Shown here: piece by piece, positions 42,688 to 57,014 of the stretch
How the letters are laid out: each line of letters opens with the position of its first letter
Position numbering within the stretch: the first letter of the stretch is position 1
Origin: Octopus vulgaris
Lineage: Eukaryota
Direction: 5' to 3'
DNA length: 64,000 nucleotides
NCBI GenBank assembly: GCA_951406725.2
Contig: OX597823.1
Location: forward strand, 110,050,001 to 110,114,000
Made by a program: the position numbers and the translations under genes
The notes under the pieces: generated by a model
What the model was told of the DNA's origin: nothing
The model's database searches: none
What the model saw: the letters and a program-made list of their open reading frames with translations, nothing else

Positions 42688-42956
42688 ACCACTGGTAGCG
42701 TTGATCTTGGGTAGTGAACAGAACAATCTATCATATTTCTCAATAAGATTTGTAACTTTAACAGTCATTGTAATATGTGACAGTTTTAAAATGTCTTTAT
42801 AACAATATCGATTTATCGATAACATAAGAGCAATTCGTATTTTGAGACCTTAAACTATATTAGTGTTAAGACATTGATCTACAGAGAAGCCTAACTTAAG
42901 TCTGACAGTGCTGCATGTGTGTGTGCGTGTGTGTGAGTGTGTGTGTGTGTATGTGT

Positions 42957-43002
<46 letters not shown>

Positions 43003-43249
43003 ATGTGTATGTGTGTGTTTATGTATCAATATATTTATGTTAGAGTTATAATGTTTTTAGGTCATAATCTATTATGGACGGATTGGAAAATTTGATTTTT
43101 ATGCATTTTGAAAGAACGTTTATAGTTTTAATTACTTCTAATTAGCTCTATAAGAAATTAGACACTATATGTGTGTGTTTGTGTGTACGCGTGTTTGTGT
43201 GTCTGTGTGTGAAAATATTAGTAGTATACATATAGTACAACATCATGCC

Positions 43250-43493
43250 GGGCGAGCTGGCAGAAACGTTAGCACGCCGGGCGAAATGCTTATCGGCATT
43301 TAAACCACGCGGCTCCGGCAGAAGGTAATGGCGAACTTCTGCTGACTCTTTCGCCACAACTCTCTCTCTCTCACTCTTTTCTCCTGCATCTTGCAGCTCA
43401 CCTGCGACGGACCGGCTACCCATCCAGGTGGGGTACCTATACGCCAAGAAACCGGGAGACCGGCCCTTATGAGTCAGGCATGGCTCGAGAAGG
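43250..43493 (+). mobile_element. Chimeric SINE: family A head fused to family C2 body and tail
   Basis: 43250-43301 is a family A head; from 43305 the sequence CCACGCGGCTCCGGCAGAAGGTAATGGCG...GGCATGGCTCGAGAAGGAA matches family C2. Confidence 0.8.
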
Positions 43494-43992
43494 AAAAAAA
43501 AAAGTACATCATTACATTATCCAGTAGTTTCAGCTACGAGGTATTGTTGCGTCAAATACTCTTCAAAACCTGACATTCAATCTGAAAAAATAAGATCACA
43601 TTAGATAGTTTATTTGTAAATATATGATAAGAAATCCAATTTAACATATAATAATACAATATGATTATAAAATATAACGGATGCAAATACAACTTGATAG
43701 TATGATTTGAAGTTATAAAACAGTTATATCATAATCCCGAATCTGCTTTGATGTAAATTATTCTGCTTCAGTACAAGTACTGTGCCAAATATTTTGAACA
43801 CGTGATCGTGTTGACTTATTAATGTATAAAAATGTAGTGTAAAAGTTCACAACACGTGGAGGTTGTATTCGTTCGGATATACTTACTGATTCCTTCCATT
43901 TTTACTGAGAGTTTTACATACGCACACAAAGTCTACAGGTGAGTGATCAGTCAGAAAATTTGGTCAGTATTTGAAGCAAGCATTATATCAGT

Positions 43993-44230
43993 TGGCGGTG
44001 AGCTGGCAGAATCGTTAGCACACCGGGCGAAATGCGTAGCCGTATTTCCTCTGCCGTTACGTTCTGAGTTCAAATTCCGCCGAGGTGTACTTTGCCTCTC
44101 ATCCTTTTGGGATCGATAAATTAAGTATCTGTTACGCACTGGGGTCGATCTAATCGACTTAATCTATTTGTCTGTCCTTGTTTGTCCTCTCTGTGTTTAG
44201 CCCCTTGTGGGTAGTAAAGAAATAGGTATT
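43993..44230 (+). mobile_element. tRNA-derived SINE, family A
   Basis: Full head, core and tail1 ending AAAGAAATAGGTATT. Confidence 0.9.
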
Positions 44231-44308
44231 CGCATGGTCGGTTCTCATTGCTTGAGCTTGCTTACGTGATGGGATGCGGTACAGATTGACGTCGGTTGTT
44301 CGAAGTAA

Positions 44309-44455
44309 GAGGGCATATCAGCTCCAAGGTATCACGTTATGGGCAATGATGCAAGCTAAAACTGGTTAAAAGGCTGGATGTTTGAGGTGCGAGGGCATCT
44401 CAGCTCCAAGGTGTCTGGTCATTACCAATGACACAAGCTAGAACTGGCTAAAACT
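44309..44455. repeat. Two diverged tandem units of about 63 bp (period about 82 bp)
   Basis: GAGGGCAT(A/C)TCAGCTCCAAGGT...CAATGA...CAAGCTA(A/G)AACTGG(T/C)TAAAA at about 44309 and 44391. Confidence 0.75.
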
Positions 44456-44683
44456 GATTTGTTAATGATTCTATCTCTAAGGTATCCGGAGTATTTCCAG
44501 GGCAAATCGTCCTTAGAATCTGCTTCTGTGTCTGTAACTTAAGCAAAACTTACATTTTTTTTGTAACCCATTAGAATACGGAATGAAACTAAATAACAAT
44601 TCTTTTTTCGAAGATATGCCCACCTTTGAGCCTTTGCAAATAGAATATTGTGCGTGTGTGTGTGCGTGTGTGTGTGTGTGCGT

Positions 44684-44714
<31 letters not shown>

Positions 44715-45390
44715 CTTGTGCGTTCATCTAAATGTGTGGAGATGTTGAAGAATATTAATCTTGAAAAGTTCGTCTCTAAATTCCGGTTGTTTCCCTTGTG
44801 GTTTCATGGTTGTTCGACATATGACTTCTTGAGGGAGGCAGGATACTCTAAGTATATAAGTGGATAGTTATATTAGGATTGAGAGATTTAGAGTGGAGTG
44901 TACATAGGACTTTTGTGTTCGACAATGATACCAGTGCTGTCTATGCATCATTAACTCCAGTAGTATACGATTCTTCAACGTAGGAAGTTTCGAGAACTAT
45001 CAACTCCAATAAAATACCAACCAATACAGGCGACTATACATGTTATTACTTCTGTCACGTTTCAAGCAAAAATAGCCCACAAAAAAGTGTCTCTTTCTGT
45101 AATTTTGACAATTATGTTATTATTGTCATTGTTGTTGTTTGTTGTAAGATACTCTCTGAATAGGCGTATTTATTTAAAGTGGAAAATAGATCTGCATGTG
45201 ATTTAGCTGCTATGTTTAGTAAGTCAGTCGACTGCGTAAACGTGGCTTCTAGATGGTTCCGTTCTGTCTATGCATTTTCAAGTGATATAAACCTGTAAGC
45301 CTTCAAACCAACGATATTGTGCAGACCAATTTGAATAAGAAGATCGTTGTTCCTCTATTACTAAATGATACAGAAATATGAGTGTGTTTT

Positions 45391-45432
<42 letters not shown>

Positions 45433-46610
45433 TGTGTGTGTGTATGCGTGTGTGTGTGTAAACCTGTATTATGTTATGATAGGGTAAAAGATGATTTTAT
45501 GATGAATCATTTATAGGCCGAAGCATTAGACAAATATTTCGTTCGGTTTCTTTTTAGTATGAAACAGTGTGTTGAAGAAGTAAGCATTGCGGTGTTATCG
45601 AGTGCTTTTTGGTTATAGAGCTAGATGTATTTTTAAATAATTAGCCATCAAAAAATATGATACAGAAACACTTTGAGAAGTTACCCATAATTTAGTGGGA
45701 TGTGAATTATTGTCCCAATACGACACTACGTTTTATTATCAGCTAAAAATATTCATTTGTTGTGAGCAAGCGACGGCTCAACAGGTAATCAGGGTTACGA
45801 ATTAATGCCTAGGTGATAGCAAAACCGCAGAAAGAAAGGATCTCCGATCTACCATATAACGAAAATATGGAATACTCTAAAAATTGCATACCATACACAC
45901 GCATAGAATATGTAAACTGATGCATACACACAGACGAATACAGATTTATGAGATATATCACAACGATACACAGGCTGATACGTACACAGTATAAGCAGCC
46001 CTTTGGCAGACAAGATCATTTACTGAGTGAAAGCAGGAGAGAAAAAGAAACAAAAAGAAAACAGATTAAAGATACAATTTTTAAAAAAATGAAGTGTAGG
46101 AAGAAAAGACATCAGAGTAGTGTAGTAGAGTTCGGCTGCCCAGAAGACCTTGACACAAAACAAGTATGGATGTATCAATTATGGTGACGTGAAGGAAAAG
46201 CCATAAATATTTGCAGACAATTAAAATAAATCGTACATTAAAAGATAATTTACAATGAAGGCTGGGGAGGGGGGGTTTGCTTTCAACAAAATCAAATATT
46301 TTTTTGCTTTTCCATCTATTTTGTTTTACTTTCGTTCAAATTGTTTTATTTCTTTTGTGTTTGTTAATATTTTTCCTCTTCCTATTTCAAGTTATCCTCT
46401 CCCTTCTTTTCGTTTTTATTTGCCTCACTTTATTTTTTATCAATTTTTTTTCTTGGTTTCAAAAACATTTTCCTGCCATTTTGTTTATTTATTTATTATT
46501 TATTCTCCCTATGTCCTTATTCTTATAGCCTTTTGTTGATGACGTTGATGGCATTGTTGTTGACGCTGTTTGTTGTTGTTGTTATACATACAAACATATA
46601 CAAACACACA

Positions 46611-46686
<76 letters not shown>

Positions 46687-46977
46687 TATATGTACATATA
46701 TATATATACGTGTGTGTGTGTGTGTGTATTTGTACATGCGTATATATGTGTATATATATATACTATATATGTATGCACTTATAAACTTACGTTCATATAT
46801 GTGTGTGTGTGTGTGAGTGTGTGCGAGTGTGTGTGTGAGTGTGGACATGTGTGTGTATGTGTATGTACTGTGGCGTGTTTTGGCGTGTTGTGTTGCTTGC
46901 TTTTTGAATGAATCGCGTTACGTTGTTTTATCAGTTCGTTATTTGTTGTTTTATAGATTCAAAATGGCAACTTTCGG

Positions 46978-47033
<56 letters not shown>

Positions 47034-47418
47034 AACGGACAAGCAAAACAAACAAAAATGCATACACACATATACACACATATTCATAGATAGCAAAAGA
47101 GGAAGAGAGAAGTATTAAAAAGCAGGAAGATGCGGAGAAGGCAATGAGGTACTGGGAAAGGTAGGGAAGATTAGAGGGAAACATAAAACAGCGCAGAAAC
47201 GCACCCCCTCCCCCATTAAAGTACAGGCGTACTAGAGGTTGGGATGAAATTTCTGTGATATTTTATGGTTATTTTTAAGACTGGAAAAAATTTTGACAGT
47301 TATCAATTATCTACTCCATATATCATGATGTCAGTTATGGTTCGTCCTTTCCCTAAACCACTCACCTCTTTTTCTTCACTTTCTTCTCTTGTACCATTAT
47401 TATTGTTGGTGGTGGTTC

Positions 47419-47452
<34 letters not shown>

Positions 47453-47516
47453 GTTGTTGCTGTCGTTGTTATTATTACTATTATTATTACTACTTCTATT
47501 GTTGTTGTTATTATTA

Positions 47517-47617
<101 letters not shown>

Positions 47618-48924
47618 TCTTGCTGAGTTTTTTTTTTCTCTCTAATTGTCTCCGTACTTATCTTTTTTATATCTTTCTCCCTAAATGTCTCTATCTATCG
47701 CTGTCATTCCAATTCTGCCTCTCCTTCTCTTTCTCAAATTTCATTGACTGTTAGAATATCTCTCTTTGGTCATTCGCTCTCCCTTCTCTTTCTTACTCTC
47801 TCTTCATTTCTCATTCATGTCTCTAAAAATGTCCCATTGTCTCTCCGTAGTACTTACTTTCAATTTCACTTTTTCAACTACGTTCACTCGTTCTCTCCAT
47901 CTCAAGCCATTTCACTTTCTACGACTCTGTCTCATTTCCTCCTCCTCCCCCTCCTTCTCTCTCTCTCATTATCTCACTCAATTTTTTTCTCTCAATCTAT
48001 CTCAAAATTTTCTCTTCTATATTTGCATGAATCAAAGAAATGCTCTCTCTCTCTCGGATTCCATTATCTCGTATGAAATACTTGTTAGAAACCATAGTAC
48101 TTGATTGGAATTAGATCTTGCTGCAATTTTGTAGTATCTAATAATGTTATACGTGTTACCTCAACGGTTCTTCATGCTAGCTGTGTCTCATTTTCTGGTT
48201 GATATAGTTCGCTTTGCTGTTGATGTTCTTGTTGATGGCCATGGTATTGCCCGTGGCAGAGTAATTTATATTTAGGGCAGGTTGTCTAGAACAGACCTGC
48301 AATCAAAACATTCGAGTTTATAAGAATCAGGTGTATTTGAACGTTTAATACAGTGCCTTTACTTCGTCCTTCCCTTTTTACATCGTAGTGTGTGAATTTA
48401 GGAGACATTTGCATCTATTTCTAGAAAGCCGAGTGTGGGATGTTGGGTTCCATCTCTGTTAGGCTGTCGTTGTTGACAACGTTGACGACTACGACGATAA
48501 TTATGATAATAATGACGATGATGTCAATGGGGACTATAGGGACGATGACGTGGCAGTGATGATGATGATGATGATGACGATGATGACGACGACGATGATG
48601 ACGACGAGGATGAGGTGGATGAGGTTCAGGATGATGAGGGGGGATGATGATGATTGAAGATGACAAAAGAAATACGAGTATTTATTATTTACTGGGAAAT
48701 AATCAGAGGCAACCATTACAATCAGAATATATTTTCTTCCTTTCTACGTAGGTAGTCTACTGTTAATTCTATTCCGGAAGATATATCAGGAAATGGGCTG
48801 AAGTGTAAACCTCAAAAGTGGCTGACAGCAAGCAACAAAGGTTTTTGAAATGACGTGATAGAGGCGAGAGCAACACATCAGTTGGGCATCTGAGAAAGGA
48901 CAGTTCAATCTTGATTATGTTAGA

Positions 48925-49233
48925 AGTTGTTGTTTGTTCCTTTTCGAGCCATGCCTGGTTCATAAGGGCCCATTTCCCGGTTTCTTACCGTATAAGTCCC
49001 CCACCTGGCCGGGATGCTGGTCCGCCGCAGGTGAGCTGCTAGATGCAGGAGGAAAGAGTGAGAGAAAGTTGTGGTGAAAGAGTCAACAGAAGGTTCGCCA
49101 TTACCTTCTGCCGGAGCCGCGTGGAGCTTAAGTGTTTCGCTCATAAACACACACATCACCCGGTCTGAGATTCGAACCCGCGATCCCTCGACCGCGAGGC
49201 TGCTGCTCTAACCACTAGGCCATGTGCCTCCAC
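48925..49233 (-). mobile_element. tRNA-derived SINE, family C2, full length with 11 bp TSD
   Basis: Minus head GTGGAGGCACATGGCCTAGTGGTTAGAGCAGC...GGGTTCGAATCTC, (ACA)n tail. ATTATGTTAGA at 48914-48924 and 49234-49244. Confidence 0.93.
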
Positions 49234-50529
49234 ATTATGTTAGATGTGCAATAAAGGTAGGTGGTAATGGTCAAAACGGCACAGATGACAATATTTTGAC
49301 CTCGTTATCAAGCCCATGAAGATTTGCGTCCGCATCCTAGATGGTTGAGGGAAGGAAAAACGATTTCGCAGTTAACAATCACAAAAATGGTATAATGGCA
49401 ACCAGGGCTGGATGGTGAAAACTTTGGCGGATTGTACGTTTGCGACACGAAATCACAGTTCGTGCTAACGTGTGGTGGTCTTGTGCAAGGCCTCCAGCTT
49501 CTAGCCGTGAAGGATGGCCTTTTTCTATCACTCATGTATTCTTGACAAGAAACACAAAATCTAGTACCCAAAGGAAATGTATGTTAAACAGGCATAGTGA
49601 TTCAAAAGGTGACTTAGCTTCTATTTCTTGCAGAGAAGCCCAAAATGATTGAAAGCAGGAAAGAGAGGGGGGAGAAAGAGAGCGAGAGACAGGGAAATAC
49701 AAGTGGGGGTGGGCAGAAAGAGAGCTGGATACTGAGAAATGCTTCCTTGGCGTTATTATACAAACATGGGTGCAAACATAATGTAGTAAATAAAAAGTAT
49801 GTGTACATAAATGTATATATACGTTTACATGCCTTTATATACGTGTTTTTATATATATACAAAAATACGCACACACACACACACACACACAGAGAAACAC
49901 ATATACATATAAGTATGTGTGTAAGTTTGGCTTCTTAAAATATCTTTAATAAAGAGATTAAATTATCGGAACATGGTGTGAAATACAAATGTGAGATTAT
50001 TTTATGTGATATATTCCGAGATACGGCATTGTGATATGAACATCTGAGGGTGACTTTAATAGAATTAAATTTCTTCAAACACATAAAACAAAAGAAAGAA
50101 TGACAGCGACAGTTATTTTAGTGCTTTGTACTCTTAAAATATGGGTAAGATAAAAGACTGATTGGCAAAGCAGGCAGGACTTTGTGTCATATATACTTTT
50201 CGTGACGGGACACATGGATCTCTATATATATGTACTATGAATGTATGTAAGTATATATGTATGTGTATATATATATATATGCATGTATGTACGTATGTAT
50301 ACATGTATATTTGAATCTATGTCTCAATATATGTGAGCATGCATGAATGCATGCATAGAAATTGTATGAGTTTAGTTATGTGTTTCTTCGTATATAATAT
50401 GAATGCGTGTATATACGAATGTATGTGTATATGTATGAAGGTACACAAGCTTGAATGTATGTTGTTCTGTACATATAGATATATATGTGATTTTATCTAG
50501 GCACGTATACATATAAGTTCAAGAGTAAG

Positions 50530-50592
<63 letters not shown>

Positions 50593-50635
50593 TTTATGTA
50601 TGTATTTTACTAAATATTTATCTGTATATATATAA

Positions 50636-50691
<56 letters not shown>

Positions 50692-50820
50692 ATAGATATA
50701 TACATACATACATATATAAGTCTATCATTCGTCGCCACCACTTGTGTGCATGTGTGTGTTTGTTGTTGTGTCCCATGTGTGCGCGCGCACATGGATATAT
50801 ATATATATATATATATATAG

Positions 50821-51059
50821 ACCGGAGTAAACACATAAATGTGAAACAAGGTGGAAAAAGAGTACTCAAATACCAGTGGTAGAGTAATATGCTTTATTTT
50901 AAGCAGCAGAAAATTCAACAAAATCTGCACACATGAGTTTCTCGTTATATATCAGACAGTTTTTGCTAGAATCTAGATTCTAGCAAAAACTGTCTGATGA
51001 ACGGCAACGAGAAACTCAGAGTAACAGATTTTGTTGAATTTTCTGCTGCTTAAAATAAA

Positions 51060-51060
<1 letters not shown>
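50821..51060. mobile_element. Fold-back (head-to-head) Penelope-like repeat between (TA)n arrays
   Basis: Perfect 48 bp palindrome 50951-50998 centred on CTAG; arms continue imperfectly out to 50892 and 51060; TA arrays on both sides. Confidence 0.8.
50985..51032 (+). ncRNA. Minimal type I hammerhead ribozyme motif
   Basis: AAAAACTGT-CTGATGA-A-CG[GCAA]CG-A-GAAAC-TCAGA-GTA-ACAGATTTT. Stem I CTGT/ACAG plus AAAA/TTTT, 2 bp stem II with GNRA loop, stem III ACT(CAG)AGT, predicted cleavage after GUA at 51023. Confidence 0.55.
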
Positions 51061-51113
<53 letters not shown>

Positions 51114-51715
51114 ATACTGATATACATACATATATATATATACAGACATACATATACATTCATACATACAAATATATGACTGGCTTCGTTCAGTTTCCGG
51201 ATGCCATAACCATACAGAAGATTTTGGCCTGCCCTAGGCTATAGTAAACGGCACTTCTTCAAAGCGACATGCTGCTGGACTGAACCCGAATCCATGTGAT
51301 TGAGGAGCAAACTTCTTACCACACACATCCACGTTTGCGCCTACATATGCTTCTCTGAAATAGCTGTTGAGAAAAATTAGGTTCCTTAATAAGTTGCTTC
51401 CAAGTATCTCTTTAAACCGATCTGTGTATACATTCAACTTTATACTATCGATATTCATTCCATTTCAATAATGTACATAAGGCGACGAGCTGACAGAATC
51501 ACTTGCAGACGTGCAAAATATTTAGCGGCATTTTGCCCGTTTGTATTTTCAAATTCTGCTGAGGTCGTCGTAGTTCTTCATCCTCTCAGTGTTAATAAAC
51601 TAGGTTTGATCTAATTGAATGAAGACCTTTCTAAAATTGCTTGCCATGTATCAAAACCTTAAAGTAATATAAAATTGGGCGTTAATGATCTGTTAGGAAT
51701 TAACTTATACATATT

Positions 51716-52020
51716 GTGGAGGCTCATGGCCTAATGGTTAGAGCAGCGGACACGCGGTCCAGGCAGCGCGGGTTCGAATCGCAGATAGAGTGATGTGCGT
51801 GTTTATAAGCGAAACACCTAAGCTCCAGGCAGCTGCGGCGGAATGTAATTGCGAACTTCTCCTGACACTTTAGGACAACTTTCTCTCACTCTTTCCTCCT
51901 GCATCTAGCAGCTTATCTGTGACTGACCGGCGTCTCGTGCAGGTGGGGAACGTATACGCCAAGGAAACCGGAAAACCGGCCGTTATGAGACAGGCTTGGC
52001 TCGAGAAGAAACAACGACAA
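51716..52020 (+). mobile_element. tRNA-derived SINE, family C2, older copy
   Basis: Colinear with the reverse complement of 48925-49233; A box TGGCCTAATGG, B box GGTTCGAATC. Confidence 0.88.
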
Positions 52021-52377
52021 TATATGTGTGTGTACGTACATATGTGTATACACACACACACACACATATATATGTGTATATGTAGGTATGTATATATATA
52101 TATATATATATATGCATATATCTCCGTGTCTTAGTATGCATAGACATGTGAGGCGACAATCACATGTCCCCTAACAGTGCCTTGCAGAAGCATAATGATA
52201 GGTTTTAGTATTTATATTTCGGTAAATTTAGACACAGTGCAGTTCATGTAATTCTGTTAATATTTGCTTTTTAAATGCAAATAACACAAAATATTCCTTT
52301 TTCCCCGTCAATCTCACCCTCCCAGAACTCAACTTCCCTCTTAATCACATTTTCTCACTCTTTTTTTTATGTTACAG

Positions 52378-52472
52378 GGTCTGTGCGTGTGTGTGTGTAT
52401 CCTTGGCATGTGTGTCTTCATGTCACAGCAACGAAATATACGTGACGGCAATCTGTTGTATCGATACCCCAG
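52378..52472 (+). other. Candidate 95 nt internal exon (coding status unknown)
   Basis: Acceptor TTTTCTCACTCTTTTTTTTATGTTACAG|G and donor CAG|GTACTG. Phase-0 reading GLCVCVCILGMCVFMSQQRNIRDGNLLYRYP; a second frame is also open. Confidence 0.35.
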
Positions 52473-52886
52473 GTACTGATATTTTAAAATGGTTACTCAA
52501 TTCTCTTGTCACGTTCAAAGATCCAGAACGCTTATGCTCTTTGTTATCTAATGAGAAGATGTGTGGCCTAGCGCCTGTGTTCCATGTTCATAAAATCGCT
52601 GATCGTTTCCTGATCTCGAGTTCCATTGTAGCCTTGAGTATATTAAATACTTTCACGTTACTCTAGTCTAATGAGCTGATAATGTGTACCAGCTGAATAC
52701 TGGTGCTGTTATCACATCTCGCAAATATCACACCACCCATATCGTATTGGTTAAAATTTTGGAGAATCGAGAAGAGCTCATGTTTGTTAGAGACTACATA
52801 GGTCTCTAAAGAACTATCGAAAGCGTGGCCAACTGGCCACACTCGCTTTGATGTGCCTGCACACATAAACACGTATATACATACAT

Positions 52887-52977
<91 letters not shown>

Positions 52978-53021
52978 TGCATGCATTGGTGTATGTGTGT
53001 ATATATATATATATACATACA

Positions 53022-53057
<36 letters not shown>

Positions 53058-53793
53058 CGTACATGCATAGATATATGTATATGCACGTATATACACATAC
53101 ACACAAATATACGCATACATACATTCATATGCCCATACATACATGCATATACGCGTTTATACACATAAACACATACATATATGGTGGGTAAGAGAAAAAG
53201 AGTGTTTATAGGTCTAAGAGTGAGAGTGTGCTTTATAGTTCGTGTAGAAGTGAAAGTGTATGGAGATGTGTGCGTATGATTTTTATATATATATATTTTT
53301 TTTTGTCCGCCGCAAGAAAAGTTACACTTTCAATCTTCCATACAATGCGATAGATGATCTTTAAGAAGAACAATAAGAAAAACAACAGCATAACAGCATA
53401 GCGGTCTTTCAACCGCCAGCACCACCACCTCCACCTCAATCACTACTCTTCCACCCTCCATACACACTTTCCAGACTTAAGCCATTAATGGAATAAACCC
53501 CACATACAGTAGTTCAGTTTTGATCCATGATCCATGAGACGGAAAGCTAAATGAATAAGCTGACACAGAATGGAAGATAATGGCACCTCTCATGTGTATA
53601 ATAGCTTCGTTTGAAACAAAGACTTATAGAATTACGAAAGTGGAGGGAAGAGTTAGAAGGTGAAGATACACGCGCGCGCCTATGTGTGTAGATACATATT
53701 CTTGTATATACGTGTGTATATATATACATATATACATATATATATAAGTACTTAACGCAGGCAGATATTCCTATACACACATATATATACATT

Positions 53794-53827
<34 letters not shown>

Positions 53828-53861
53828 CGTATATATGTATATATATATACATATATATATA

Positions 53862-53894
<33 letters not shown>

Positions 53895-54080
53895 GTACAT
53901 ATACATACACACACGCACACACACATATACACACTAACGTACGCACACACACTCATACATATATACGAATGGAAGTCTAATTTGTTTTTGCATACAGGTA
54001 TATAGATATGAATATATGAATGTATATGCGGAATAGACACACGAACACATATAATGTGCATATACATACACATACATACA

Positions 54081-54145
<65 letters not shown>

Positions 54146-54177
54146 CTATCTGTATATATATATATATACACACACAC

Positions 54178-54277
<100 letters not shown>

Positions 54278-55849
54278 GTATGTATGTATGTATGTAAAAA
54301 TCATATAATTGTCTGTGTGTCGTTGTGTGCGTATAAACAAACTCTAGTAACACACATGCGTACAGATGGGTTGTTGTGGGCTCTTGTGCTTATTGTTGTA
54401 ATGGCTCGTTTCTTTTGTTGTTGTTGCTGCTGTTGTCCATGTTGTTATTGCTGTTGTTGCTATTGTTGCTGCCGTTGTTGTTGTTGTTGATGACGATGAT
54501 GATGATGATGATGACGATGATGATGATATCGTATTCCTCTTTACGTTATTATTTTCCTTCGTCTCATACATTGTTCGCCTTGTTGATGTGGTAGCTGTGA
54601 ATTTGTTGCTGCTGTTGTTGTTATTGTGATTTGTTCTCATAGTCATAATGGTTCCTGTTGTTCCTGTTGTTGCTGTTATTGTTGTTTCTGTGCCTGGTGT
54701 TATCTTATTCTGCTCTTACTGTCGCTATATATATTTTTTTAAAAACATGTATCCATTATTTTTCCTTCTTCCAATACTTGACTTGCTGTTTGAGGTAGCT
54801 TTGGTTAGCTATGCTTTCTTATACATTATTTTGTCATTAAATTTGTTCTCCTTGTTCTTACATCTGTCGCTGGTGCTGCTGATGCCGTTTTTTCTAACGT
54901 TATTCTTGATGTGTTCTTGGTGTTGTCATTGATGCTATTAGCCTTAGTGTTATTATTAGTACTGCTAGTTATAGTTGTTGTTATTTTCGCTGTTTAGACC
55001 TGGTCAATGTTCATCCAGAAGGGTTCTCACTAAATGCGGTCCATTCAGGCTTACATTATAACTAGGATTTCATTAAGGCAGCAAATTGGCGGAGTCAGTT
55101 AGATCGCTTTTTAGTATTTGTTCCTGGTGTTTCCTCTATGTGTTCAAATACCACAGAACACAACTTTACCTTTTAATCCTTTCTGGGTAGTTAAATTGAT
55201 AACCTTCTATTGGAATCGATTCTTTTCTGTCTATAGCTCTTTATTTCTGCCTGTGTCCCTTTAATTTCTCATTGTCTTTCTCTCACTTGCCCACCCTTTC
55301 TGTCTGAGAGAAATTGATTTTTGTCATTCATAAGGAAGAATGAACTCTGACAGGTCTACAAATTAAAAACAGAATCACCTAACCATGGAGACCGTCTTAC
55401 AACTCCAACGGCATGTGAAGGCACAAAGCGAAGCAAGGCAAAGAACATATTGACTAGTATCTCCTAACAATGGTGGATTTACAGGATCGCTTGAAACTTT
55501 ACCTCTTGAGTTCTAACCTTATCTTGTCAATCCTTCCTTTCTTCATTCCGGGTCTATAATATGAAACATCAATCAATACTCAGTGTCCATTTATCGACTC
55601 CTCTTTCTAAGCAGATTTCACCTACGTGAACATATTTCATCTATGAATCTTTCCATAACGGTGGGATATTGTTGAAGAATATTTGACAACTATATTCACT
55701 AATTCGAGTGACCCCTAAGAAGCTATGGTGCCTTGTTTTGCATTCTTGATTCTTTTCCTACTGCTATTATCATTACCATTATTGTTGTTGCGATTGTTTA
55801 TAACGTGTTGTTTCTGTTACATTGATTGATCTCCTCCTCTCTAAATTGC

Positions 55850-55975
55850 TGGAGCAACATGAAATAAAGTGTCTTGCTCAAGAACACAACACACAGCCTT
55901 GTCCGGGAATCGAACTCACAACCTCTAGATCGTAAACTCTACGCTCTGACCAGTGAGCTATGCTCCTTCACACAT
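55850..55975 (-). mobile_element. SINE head fragment (family D)
   Basis: GAAATAAAGTGTCTTGCTCAAGAACACAAC...GGGAATCGAACTC (B box GAGTTCGATTCCC on the minus strand). Confidence 0.7.
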
Positions 55976-57014
55976 GTTCTGTATAGGATGATATTATCTA
56001 TTGTGTCAACAGTTTCTTGTTGAGGTTTGACAATCCTGCTTTTTCCAGTGTACAGAGAACCTTGTACCACATTACACGACATGTAATTTTATAAGACGGT
56101 AATTTGAGACAAATTTCTAACTAGTATTTCTAACTAGTCGACTAGCAAGATACATGCATTCTCTTTGCTATTGTTATTGTTGCTTCAACTCTTTTTGACA
56201 TGTCAACATATAAATATTATCATAATACAATAAATATTATTTTCCAGCTAAATAAAGCATCGTAAAGGTAGAATTATAAGTAGAAAATAGTGACACAACA
56301 AATACCAATATCCAGCAAAAATTGGTACTTTGTTGTGCCACTATTTCCTACACACACACACACATACACGCGCGCGCGCACACACACACATGCAAACAAA
56401 TATATATGCACATATACACACTAATACAAACATTTGAACTGCATTATTCAGCGTGTCCTTTGTACTACAGTCTCCTTCCTTCTATTCAGAATCCATATGC
56501 GACCGATATTTCCTGCAAGTAAACAACAAGCCTGGAGATTTCTTCGTTGACCCATTGCCTCAGTCATGATTTCATTATGTCACCTGAAGATTCATACATC
56601 TTGCCAATGACTTTTTTTTTGTAGAAGTTGTGCAAAACAGCACAGAGCAAAGAATTTCGTGATAAACGGTATAACGTCATACATATTGCAGTTGATTTTT
56701 GTTTGAACTTAGAAAAATTTCTCTCGGTAGCATTCTTTCTGGATCGTCATATTATGAGTTCAAATACCTCCGAAGTTAAACGTGCTTTCATCCTAACAGG
56801 ATCGATAAAACAAAATATCAATCAGATACTGCAGTCGATGATATTGACTAGCCCCCACCTCTCAAATTGTTTACTTTTATGTTAATACTTACGGTATTCG
56901 TGGCAATAAAGCTCCCTCCCGTATGTAGTGCGAATGCTATGCAACTGGAAAGTGATGCAGTAATACAAAATACTGAGCGATTTTCTACGCAGATGAAATA
57001 AAAGCTAACAAGTC

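Noticed and set aside
46900-47230. Possible promoter (TCAGTT initiator-like and AAAATGGC motifs)
   Set aside because: Motifs are too short to exceed chance without TSS data.
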